Shown here in pieces: positions 1 through 8,247 of a DNA stretch of 64,000 bases. A program made the position numbers and the translations under genes. How positions within the stretch are numbered: position 1 is the first letter of the stretch; each line of letters begins with the position of its first letter. This stretch comes from Candidatus Pacearchaeota archaeon (lineage in GTDB: Archaea; Nanobdellota; Nanobdellia; Pacearchaeales; GW2011-AR1), in the NCBI GenBank assembly GCA_041649295.1, contig JBAZNI010000001.1, forward strand, positions 76,720 to 140,719, read 5' to 3'. Under the pieces are notes generated by a model. It had not been told where the DNA came from, did no database searches, and saw nothing but the letters and a program-made list of their open reading frames with translations.

Positions 1-707
1 AGGATAATTAAAAGTATACAGAATAGGGCAAATCCATATATCGCATACTCTTTTATTTTCTGGTTATTTGACTTAAACAATACTTCACTCTCATCGCCGG
101 TTTTTATACTTTTTGGCACTAGGTAGATTATATTCGACTGGTTATTTTTTTCTTCAGCATTAGTATAAGTGGTGTTTTCATAGATTATTTCGTTGCCATC
201 TTTTTTAATATTCCCCTCTTCTCTGTCTTCGTCTTCTGTCGTTGTTTTGTTGATTTTATCTTTTTCATTATTTTCTGAAAAATCTTCTGGCAGGCATTTA
301 TTTTCTGCATCTTTTGTGCCTTCAACAAAAACCCACTCACTACTGCAAAAGTTCCAGGTTTTTCCACTGTCAAAAATATCTTTTAATATAATCGTTTCGC
401 TGATTAAATCATTTCCCCTATATAAGGAAACTTTTTCACCTTCATTATCCAGCCACTGGTTTTTGAATGTCCATGTTAAGTATCCTTCGAGTATTCCAGA
501 CAAAATAACTTCTTCTCCATCGCCATTTACTAATTTATACTCTGCTAAATCCACTTGTTCTTTGCTGTATAACTCAACCCATTCATTTTTTATGTCTGTG
601 CCAGCAGGATTTAATTCCACCTCGCTGATAATCACAGATAAAACAAATTGAGTATAAAGTAAAAAAATAATAGCTATCCCCAAACACCTGAGATTTCCTT
701 TCCACAT
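1..707 (-). CDS. Secreted lamin-tail-domain (LTD)-like protein, runs off the window edge
   Basis: Manual translation from ATG at 707: MWKGNLRCLGIAIIFLLYTQFVLSVIISEVELNPAGTDIKNEWVELY; signal peptide then the LTD-type motif IISEV..NP.G.D..EWVELY. Absent from ORF track because no stop lies in the window. Confidence 0.7.
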   Translation of the reverse strand, partial: MWKGNLRCLGIAIIFLLYTQFVLSVIISEVELNPAGTDIKNEWVELYSKEQVDLAEYKLVNGDGEEVILSGILEGYLTWTFKNQWLDNEGEKVSLYRGNDLISETIILKDIFDSGKTWNFCSSEWVFVEGTKDAENKCLPEDFSENNEKDKINKTTTEDEDREEGNIKKDGNEIIYENTTYTNAEEKNNQSNIIYLVPKSIKTGDESEVLFKSNNQKIKEYAIYGFALFCILLII

Positions 708-1669
708 GAGCATTTTCCTTCACTTAAAAAATTATGAACCCCTTCTTTATCCCTTACTATTGCAGGTTTTTTGCAATTGGGGCAAAAAGTCGTATTTTCT
801 TCTATAAGTGAAGTGTTGCTGATATAAACATAATCTAATCCTGCGTCAAGTGCAATTTTTCTTGCTTTTTTTAATAATTCTGGGGAAGTTGGTTCTCTGA
901 ATCCGTCTTTTGGAAAATAAGCAAGAAGATGGAGGGGGACACTATTTGAAAGATTGCTTAACATCCATGAAATTAATCTTCTTACCCCATAAAGCGAATC
1001 ATTAACATCAGGTATTAGCATCATTTTTATTTCAACCCAAACTCCTGCATCATAAAAAGTTTTAATAGTATCAAGAACCAAATCCAAATCTCCGTTCCAT
1101 AATTCTTTGTAATGTTCTGCATTCATTGTTCTTATTGTAATACTTACTCCGTGAATTTTTTCTGAAAGCGCCTTTGCAGCAGGCTTGTTAATATACCCGC
1201 TTGTTTCTACTACGTGCTTTTCTTTTTTACCTGTAACTGCAACATCTTCAAGATATTCATAAAAGATAATTGGTTCTCCTTTGTAAATTATAATTTTTGT
1301 TCCTGTTTTTTTTATCTGCTTTATAATCTGGGATGGGGTACGAATCATTGAAGGGATATTTTCAAGTTCTTCATTGTCAAATGGCTTTTCAAAAAAATCA
1401 GATTTTAATAAAGTTCCTGGAAGAGAAAGGCTTAAACTATCGCTGTTGGGAAGAAAATGAAACATACCAGCATCTTCAATTTTTTCATAAATAGATGTAT
1501 GCACTTTTCCGTAATTCATTGATTTTAAGTTTCCATTTATATTCTGTCTTACTTTACATATCCCTGCCTCTCCGTTTCCGATAATACATGAGTGCGGGCA
1601 TAAAAGGCAGTGTATTTTTTTATCAGCTATTTTTTTATAATAGCTTCCCTCTTTAAATCTAAAACCCAT
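674..1669 (-). CDS. AmmeMemoRadiSam/PFL-activase-like radical SAM homolog lacking the CxxxCxxC motif
   Basis: N-terminal C.LCPH.C...G.C.VR.N..G.L.S.NYG, GEP, VETSGY and C-terminal T.CPNC...C.CG..I.GVW match the family; cluster motif position reads GTLLKSDFF. Confidence 0.8.
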   Translation of the reverse strand: MGFRFKEGSYYKKIADKKIHCLLCPHSCIIGNGEAGICKVRQNINGNLKSMNYGKVHTSIYEKIEDAGMFHFLPNSDSLSLSLPGTLLKSDFFEKPFDNEELENIPSMIRTPSQIIKQIKKTGTKIIIYKGEPIIFYEYLEDVAVTGKKEKHVVETSGYINKPAAKALSEKIHGVSITIRTMNAEHYKELWNGDLDLVLDTIKTFYDAGVWVEIKMMLIPDVNDSLYGVRRLISWMLSNLSNSVPLHLLAYFPKDGFREPTSPELLKKARKIALDAGLDYVYISNTSLIEENTTFCPNCKKPAIVRDKEGVHNFLSEGKCSCGKEISGVWG

Positions 1670-1801
1670 ATCTTTCCAAGGAAAAATATGTTTATTAATT
1701 TTTATGTTCTAGGATTAAATCTTATAAGATTAATATCCTCTTTAATATGAGAGAAAAAGATATGTTTTAAAGTATTATTGCTATTTAATATGGATTGATA
1801 A

Positions 1802-2188
1802 TCATTCAATTAACTGCCCTAATCTCTTGCCAATTGCATTTGCATCTTCTAACTTAATAACCCAGTTTTTTTCAGTAGGGTTCATTTTATCAGGATTAAG
1901 AAAAACCCACCCATTTCTAATAAACTTTACAGCAATAACTGGCGTTAATCCCATCATTTCTGAAAAAATCATAAAATCATTCATCTGTTCTTTGCTTATA
2001 TATAGTGTGCTTTTTCTTGTTGATTTGCATTCTATTGCAAGTTTTCTTTGTTTTGTTCCTGCAATTAAATCACACGGAGAATCGTCATTTACTCCGCTTC
2101 CAGCAACTCGTGCTGCTCTCCACCCATTTTCACTAAACATCTTTAGCAGTTCTCTTTCATTATTACTTCCTTTGTGTTTGTTTGCCAT
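1802..2188 (-). CDS. hjc: Holliday junction resolvase Hjc
   Basis: KGSNNEREL...GW.A.RVAGSG...DLIAG...IECKS motifs; start most likely at MANKHKG. Confidence 0.9.
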   Translation of the reverse strand: MANKHKGSNNERELLKMFSENGWRAARVAGSGVNDDSPCDLIAGTKQRKLAIECKSTRKSTLYISKEQMNDFMIFSEMMGLTPVIAVKFIRNGWVFLNPDKMNPTEKNWVIKLEDANAIGKRLGQLIE

Positions 2189-2359
2189 GACACAGATATA
2201 ATTATTAATATATATAAATCTAAGTTTAAACTCTAAGAGCATAACACTAATAGCCCTTTTGAATAGGTAGTAATAGAGGTTATGTCGAATTTTAAAATCA
2301 GGTAAAAAGAAAAATGCCCCTTAGAAAAGTTTAAATAAATGTCTTAGTAATATAGAAGT

Positions 2360-2674
2360 ATGACAATATTAGATAACCAAGTTTTTGTCTTTATTCTATT
2401 GATAGTCATCGCACTTCCATCAATAATATGGGGGGTTTATATATTTAAAACAACAAAAAAAATTGTAGATTTATTGAATAAGAAATATAAATACAATTTG
2501 AGCTATTCTAATATTTACTTCATACATGCTAAGTTGTTTTGGAATATTTCATCATATCCAAAAGAAGTGCAAAAAATTTATAAACCAGTTAGAAAAATGG
2601 CAATAATCCTTTATTCAATAGGTATACTTGTAATTATATCATTAATTACTTATTTGCTCATTATTTCTAACTGA
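2360..2674 (+). CDS. Hypothetical membrane protein
   Basis: 104 aa ORF, two hydrophobic segments, TATA-like TTTAAATA upstream. Confidence 0.6.
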   Translation: MTILDNQVFVFILLIVIALPSIIWGVYIFKTTKKIVDLLNKKYKYNLSYSNIYFIHAKLFWNISSYPKEVQKIYKPVRKMAIILYSIGILVIISLITYLLIISN

Positions 2675-2771
2675 AGATGTAACGGCATTTTCAAAAACTT
2701 TGATTTTTTGCCTTCGGCATCGTTGCGCTTTCGGAAAGTTATTTAAACATAAAGATTTTATTTTCTATAAT

Positions 2772-3080
2772 ATGAAATATTGGTTAAAAGGAGGATTTAT
2801 TCTTTCTGGAATTTTTTGGGCTATAATATTCATCAATTACATAATTATGTCTTTTAATATGGGTTGTTCTACATCTCCCTTTGAAATGTTAAATATTGGT
2901 GGACCCAATTGTTCATGGGGATTTCAGAATTCATCTGTTTTAATCAATTCCTTTGAAATTTTTATTCAAATCCTTCTTTTTCTGTTTTTATTAGCTATTT
3001 TAAGCATCCCTTTTTTCTTAATCGGAGCTTTAATAGGCCGGATAATTAGTAAAATTAAATCTTCTAAAAGGCGATCATAA
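2772..3080 (+). CDS. Hypothetical membrane protein
   Basis: Likely start MKYWLKGG; two TM segments. Confidence 0.6.
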   Translation: MKYWLKGGFILSGIFWAIIFINYIIMSFNMGCSTSPFEMLNIGGPNCSWGFQNSSVLINSFEIFIQILLFLFLLAILSIPFFLIGALIGRIISKIKSSKRRS

Positions 3081-3082
3081 AT

Positions 3083-3724
3083 TTAATTTTCTTCCCTTTT
3101 TCTTCTCACATGAATTATGAAAATAGCAACAATTGCTCCGAGTGTGTTAAAAACTAAATCAAGTGCTGTATTAAAGTAACCTCCAACACCTGTTTCAGGA
3201 ACAGCAACAACTGCGCTAAACTCTACAATTTCATTCAAAGCTCCTAACCCCATTGCAGTTAAGATTATAATAGCATAAACAACTTTGTAATTTGTTTTAT
3301 TGTTTAAATACGGTTTTAACAAGTGCCATGTAATTAAAGCTGTTACCCCAAAACCAATAAAATGAACTAGCTGATCAAATTTGAATATTTTAATTGCCTC
3401 AATGCAATTTCCTGCCCCAGTAATCACTACTTTTTGCGTGTCGACTAAATTAACTATATTTAGGGTATAAAGAACACTGCCATTTGGAAGTTTTAACCCC
3501 CCTCCGCATAAGTGCATAATTGCCCATAAAGTCAGTCCCCCCAAAATCCAGTAGTCAAATTTTGTTTTATTCCAAGTAGCGAGTATTAAAACAAAAAATA
3601 AAACAATTACCCCGATATAAATAATAAACTCATAATTTGCAATATTCCAGTAGTATATTGTAAAACCAATTATAAATAGTAAATTTACAATAAACAAAAA
3701 CCACTCACCTTTTTTTAAGTGCAT
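3083..3724 (-). CDS. DUF2238/VanZ-like membrane protein
   Basis: Multi-TM; H.CGG, FDQLVHF.GF, NEIVEF, NTALDL motifs. Confidence 0.7.
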   Translation of the reverse strand: MHLKKGEWFLFIVNLLFIIGFTIYYWNIANYEFIIYIGVIVLFFVLILATWNKTKFDYWILGGLTLWAIMHLCGGGLKLPNGSVLYTLNIVNLVDTQKVVITGAGNCIEAIKIFKFDQLVHFIGFGVTALITWHLLKPYLNNKTNYKVVYAIIILTAMGLGALNEIVEFSAVVAVPETGVGGYFNTALDLVFNTLGAIVAIFIIHVRRKREEN

Positions 3725-3774
3725 GTTCTAAAAAGGTAAGAAATATTTATAAATGTATAGTTGCAGAGAAACTA

Positions 3775-4203
3775 ATGATAACTCGAGTTTGTGCATTAGA
3801 TATTTATGGAACTGTTTTGGACAGTGAAGATGTGGATAATGCAATGCCTGTCAGAGATGGTTTTCAAGTTTTTGTAAGAAACTGCCAGAAGAGCAAAATT
3901 CTCCTTGTCAGTATTTCAGACCAACCTGAAATAAATGTTAAGCTTGATTTAGACAAGCCATTTAGAAAAGCAAAGTTATCAATAGATATTTTTAATAGAT
4001 ATTATCAATTAACAACTATTCCAAAAGACGTTAGACAAATTTTACAAGATTATAGATTAACTCCAGAATAATTATTTGTTATCGGAGATAGTTATAAAAA
4101 AGATATTGAAGGTGCAAAAAATTTGGGATGTTCTACTTTACATGTTCCAGAATATGGCAGGTTAAGATTTCCTTTTGATTTTTCACAAGTAGAAATTCCT
4201 TAA
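3775..4203 (+). pseudogene. HAD-family hydrolase interrupted by in-frame TAA at 4069-4071
   Basis: Motif I DIYGTV at N-terminus; frame continues after TAA with LFVIGDSYKKDIEGAKNLG (motif IV) to TAA at 4203. Confidence 0.8.
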
Positions 4204-4243
4204 TCACATAAATATTTAAAAAGGGCATGTATCAGATATTCAG

Positions 4244-4705
4244 ATGGCAATATCAGCAAGAGAACCTTCTGCACATTACGAAGAACCATCTTTTTATCTA
4301 CATGAAGGGAAAACTATTGGAGATGTTGAGGGGACTTTAGAGGATTATTTTAGCAAATTCCATGGAGGTTTCACAAAAACTAGGGAAGGGTATTCATTTA
4401 GACTTCGTAAACATTGGTATAATTCCAAAGTTACCTTAACTGGAGAAGAAAGGGATACAGGGGGGCTTCCAAGAAAAGCAGTATTGGTAAAGTTGTCTCT
4501 CGATATAACTCCTAAAGGCAATTTGCGTGAAAAATCAGTCAGAAGAATACATAATAAAATTTCGAGAGAGTTACCATCATACTTAGCCAGATTAAAGATG
4601 CAAATAGATACTTCTGAATCTACACTTCCAGTGTCTGTTGGTTTTTTGTCTTGTCGTCCTAGTTATAGGAGGGTTCAATCGTTTTTATCTGAACTTTTTA
4701 CTTAA
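4244..4705 (+). CDS. Hypothetical protein
   Basis: 153 aa ORF with TATA-like element upstream. Confidence 0.6.
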   Translation: MAISAREPSAHYEEPSFYLHEGKTIGDVEGTLEDYFSKFHGGFTKTREGYSFRLRKHWYNSKVTLTGEERDTGGLPRKAVLVKLSLDITPKGNLREKSVRRIHNKISRELPSYLARLKMQIDTSESTLPVSVGFLSCRPSYRRVQSFLSELFT

Positions 4706-4735
4706 TCAATAAATTTATATCTTATAATTTTAATT

Positions 4736-4924
4736 TCACAAATCTCTTCCAAGCAAAGTTCTCCTGTTGTTTGCTTTAGCTCTTTTAATTGATTTATCAA
4801 GTATATCAAGAACAACTCTTTCTAACTCATTTCCTACATCTGCAGCAACACTTGTTATAGTTTTTTCTTTATCAAGTTCGCCTATAATTGCTTTTATATT
4901 ATTTTTCTTGATTAACGTTGGCAT
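4736..4924 (-). CDS. Small histone-fold protein (DUF1931-like)
   Basis: 62 aa ending RAKANNRRTLLGRDL, the histone-fold L2 RxT...RD signature. Confidence 0.8.
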   Translation of the reverse strand: MPTLIKKNNIKAIIGELDKEKTITSVAADVGNELERVVLDILDKSIKRAKANNRRTLLGRDL

Positions 4925-5107
4925 TTTATCTGTCCGGTTTTATTGTTATTGAAATTGTATTAATTAGTATTAAAGCAACTAACCCAATAAGGGATAAGTT
5001 CATCTGCATTATACTAAAACATTGAGTATTAATAACACTTATGGATATATAAGCAAAGATTAGAAAATTTATAAATGTTCCCCACCAGTAACAAATCTAT
5101 ATTCATC

Positions 5108-5194
5108 TTAAATTAATTCTCTAATTATCCCATATATAAGGACAATCGCTGCAAAGATTCCAATAGCCCATGCAATATAGTACAAAACATTCAT
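5108..5194 (-). CDS. Small membrane peptide downstream of lysS
   Basis: Manual: MNVLYYIAWAIGIFAAIVLIYGIIRELI*, starts 12 nt after lysS stop. Confidence 0.45.
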   Translation of the reverse strand: MNVLYYIAWAIGIFAAIVLIYGIIRELI

Positions 5195-5205
5195 TTTTTT
5201 CTTGC

Positions 5206-6702
5206 TCATTTTTCCTCCTTATTTTCTTTTTCAGGTTTCATAAATGGAAACAAAATAACATCTCTTATTGATTCTTGTCCTGTTAAAAGAATAATCATCC
5301 TGTCAATTCCTAATCCTAAACCCCCTGTTGGAGGCATGCCAATTTCAAGGGCATTTACAAAATCTTCATCATATGGATTTGCTTCTTTATTTCCCTTTGA
5401 AAGTTTTTTCTCCTGCTCTTCTAAAAGTTTTCTTTGTTTTTCAGGGTCATTTAATTCAGAATACGCATTTCCTAGTTCTGTTCCAAGGCAAAAAGGTTCA
5501 AACCTTTCTATTAATCTGCAGTTAGCATCATTTCTATGCCCCTTGCATAACGGAGTTGATTCGCAGGGATGGTCAATTATAAATGTTGGCTGGATTATTT
5601 TATCTTCGCAAAAATGCTCAAATATTGCACAGACATAATTTCCCCAAGAATCTTCTTTTACTTCAATTTTTTCTTTATTAACAAATTTTTTAAGTTCTTC
5701 CTTAGACATTTTATCAACATCAATTTTTGCAAATTTTTTAATTGCTTCAGCCATTGTCATTCTTTTCCACGGAGCTTTAAAATCAATATCTTTTCCCTGA
5801 ACAGTTATTTTAGTAGTTCCATTAACTTTTTTGCACGCATATTCATAAATTTCTTCGAATAAATTCATCATATCATTATAATCTGCATATGCCTGGTATA
5901 TTTCCATCATTGTGAATTCAGGATTATGCCATTTGTCAATTCCTTCATTCCTGAAATTTCTTGCAATTGTGAACACTTTTTCATAACCTCCAACAATTAA
6001 TCTTTTTAAATAAAGTTCAGGGGAAATTGCCAAGAATAGATTCAAGTTAAGAGCATTTAAGTGAGTTTCAAAAGGGCGCGCTTCTGCACCTCCATAAATT
6101 GTTTGCAAATAAGGGGTATCAACTTCTGAGAAATGTTTATTCTTTAAAAATTCTCTTATAGAATCAATAATCTTTTCTCTTTTCAAAAAAACTTCTTTTA
6201 CTTCAGGATTCATAACTAAATCTAAATATCTCTTTCTGTACCTTTCTTCTTTATCTTGTAGTCCGTGCCATTTTTCAGGAAGGGGTTTAATTGATTTGCT
6301 TAGAATTTCTGCTTTGTTAACTAATACTGATAGCTCCCCTGTTTTTGTTTTTACTATTATTCCTTGTATTCCTATAAAATCCCCACTGTCAAGATATTTT
6401 CTAAAGAACTCCCTTGTTTTTTCAGGAGTTTCTCCTTCCTGAACAATAACTTGTATCTTTCCATTAAAATCCTGCAGTGTTGCAAAAATAATTTTTCCCA
6501 AATCTCTTTTATTCATTAGTCTTCCAGCTATCTTAACAGAATCTTTTGTTTTTGAATCTTTTTTTAATCCAGAGTATTTTTCCTGCAATTCCTTGGTTGA
6601 ATTTTTTTTATCGAATTTATACGGGTAAGGGTTTATTCCATGATTTCTTAACTCTTCAATTTTCTTTTTTCTATTTTCAATAATCTGCTCTTCTCTCCCC
6701 AT
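5206..6702 (-). CDS. lysS: Lysine--tRNA ligase, class II
   Basis: OB-fold, RYRKRYLDL, YGGAEARPF, FRNEGID..HNPEFT, GMPPTGGLGLGIDR. Confidence 0.97.
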   Translation of the reverse strand: MGREEQIIENRKKKIEELRNHGINPYPYKFDKKNSTKELQEKYSGLKKDSKTKDSVKIAGRLMNKRDLGKIIFATLQDFNGKIQVIVQEGETPEKTREFFRKYLDSGDFIGIQGIIVKTKTGELSVLVNKAEILSKSIKPLPEKWHGLQDKEERYRKRYLDLVMNPEVKEVFLKREKIIDSIREFLKNKHFSEVDTPYLQTIYGGAEARPFETHLNALNLNLFLAISPELYLKRLIVGGYEKVFTIARNFRNEGIDKWHNPEFTMMEIYQAYADYNDMMNLFEEIYEYACKKVNGTTKITVQGKDIDFKAPWKRMTMAEAIKKFAKIDVDKMSKEELKKFVNKEKIEVKEDSWGNYVCAIFEHFCEDKIIQPTFIIDHPCESTPLCKGHRNDANCRLIERFEPFCLGTELGNAYSELNDPEKQRKLLEEQEKKLSKGNKEANPYDEDFVNALEIGMPPTGGLGLGIDRMIILLTGQESIRDVILFPFMKPEKENKEEK

Positions 6703-6968
6703 AATCTATTAAGAAAGATTTAGTTTAAATAACTTATCTAATGCTGGAAACATAAATTGATATGTATTTTAATAAATGTATTATATGTGGTATTTTTATA
6801 TCCGCATATATTCTTTAACTAAAAATTCAATAAACTTTTTTTGAGTATTAAATATAATTTTTATAGCATAATACCCTCTTTAGATGTTTTAAAATATTTA
6901 TCGCCAGTTACTGCACTTAGTTGTATAAAATATAACCTTAATTCATATTGAATCCTTCATATGGCAAA

Positions 6969-7244
6969 TTAAAGGTGTAATATCTTGAAATCTTTAAAGT
7001 CCTGAAATGTGGATTCGCTTATTTCAACACTTTTAATTTTCGCGTGCTTTGGCCCTTCTTTGCATATCTCGCACATTTTATCGACTGATTCTATATCCCC
7101 TTCAAGGAATACTTCAACTGCACCATTATCAAGATTTCTTACATAGCCCCCTAAACGAAGTTTGTCAGCATTCCCTTTAATAAAATCCCTGAAAAATATT
7201 CCCTGCACAGTCCCCTTTATAATTGTTTTTACTGCTTTTTTCAT
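6969..7244 (-). CDS. acyP: Acylphosphatase
   Basis: GTVQGIFFR...GYVRNL.NG.VE. Confidence 0.92.
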   Translation of the reverse strand: MKKAVKTIIKGTVQGIFFRDFIKGNADKLRLGGYVRNLDNGAVEVFLEGDIESVDKMCEICKEGPKHAKIKSVEISESTFQDFKDFKILHL

Positions 7245-7361
7245 ATATTAACCTAACTAAATGACTATTTATTAAATCTATTGTTTTATAGATGTGCTGT
7301 TTGCTTAGAGGTATTTATAAATCACAACAAACCTTATTAATTCTCAAGCATTAAAAAAGTA

Positions 7362-8102
7362 ATGGAAATAAAAGAGGGAAGGATATTTACAGGAAGTTTT
7401 GATTTGGATAAATGGTTAAATGGGGGTTATGAAACCGATATAATAACAACCATTTATGGTCCAGCAGGAAGCGGAAAAACAAACTTCTGCATTTCTGCGG
7501 CAGTTTCTGCCTGCAAGGAAAAGAAAGTGATATTTATTGATACAGAAGGGGGTTTTTCTATTGAAAGATTTAAACAAATCGCAGGGGAGAGCTACAAATC
7601 TTTTTTATCAAATTTACTTATATTAAAACCAACTTCTTTTAGCGAGCAAAAAAAAGATTTCAGCCTTTTATTAAAAAATATAAATGAAGGGAATATTGGA
7701 TTAATAATTGTCGACGGAATGACTATGCTTTATCGTTTGGAGCTTGCAGATGCATGCAACAGTTCAGATGAATTTAGAATAAGATTAACTAATAAGGAGT
7801 TGGCAAAGCAGTTAAGGATATTGTCAGAGATTGCAAGGAAAAAAAATATCCCTATACTGATTACAAACCAGATTTATTATGATTTTCTTTCAAAAGAAGA
7901 TTTTCAAAATGGAAAAGAAAAAAAAGCAAATATGGTTGGGGGAGATTTGCTGAAATACTGGAGCAAGTGCCTGATCGAACTTCAGAATAATAACGGAAAA
8001 AGAAAAGCACTCTTAGTAAAGCACCGAAATATTCCTGAGGGGGAATTTGCTTTTTCAATCGGGAATTCAGGAATTAAAAGAAGAGGAATATTTGAGTTCT
8101 AA
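7362..8102 (+). CDS. radB: DNA repair protein RadB
   Basis: GPAGSGKTN, IDTEGGFS.ER, TNQ, KHR motif; no N-terminal HhH domain. Confidence 0.92.
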   Translation: MEIKEGRIFTGSFDLDKWLNGGYETDIITTIYGPAGSGKTNFCISAAVSACKEKKVIFIDTEGGFSIERFKQIAGESYKSFLSNLLILKPTSFSEQKKDFSLLLKNINEGNIGLIIVDGMTMLYRLELADACNSSDEFRIRLTNKELAKQLRILSEIARKKNIPILITNQIYYDFLSKEDFQNGKEKKANMVGGDLLKYWSKCLIELQNNNGKRKALLVKHRNIPEGEFAFSIGNSGIKRRGIFEF

Positions 8103-8247
8103 CAGATGTTATATATAAGGTTAATCTTTAGAAGTGCATAAAAAATTGTATATCTAAAAGGGCATATTTAGATTAAAATCTTATTAATCCGAATATATAA
8201 CTCCGCTTTCCATAATATTTAAATACCCCAATAAATTAATTAATTTA

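Noticed and set aside
185..651. ORFs 185-373 and 193-651, and similar antisense ORFs over core genes
   Set aside because: Shadows of real genes on the other strand or frame.
4069..4071. Stop-codon recoding
   Set aside because: Isolated case; conserved genes terminate at TAA, TAG and TGA normally.
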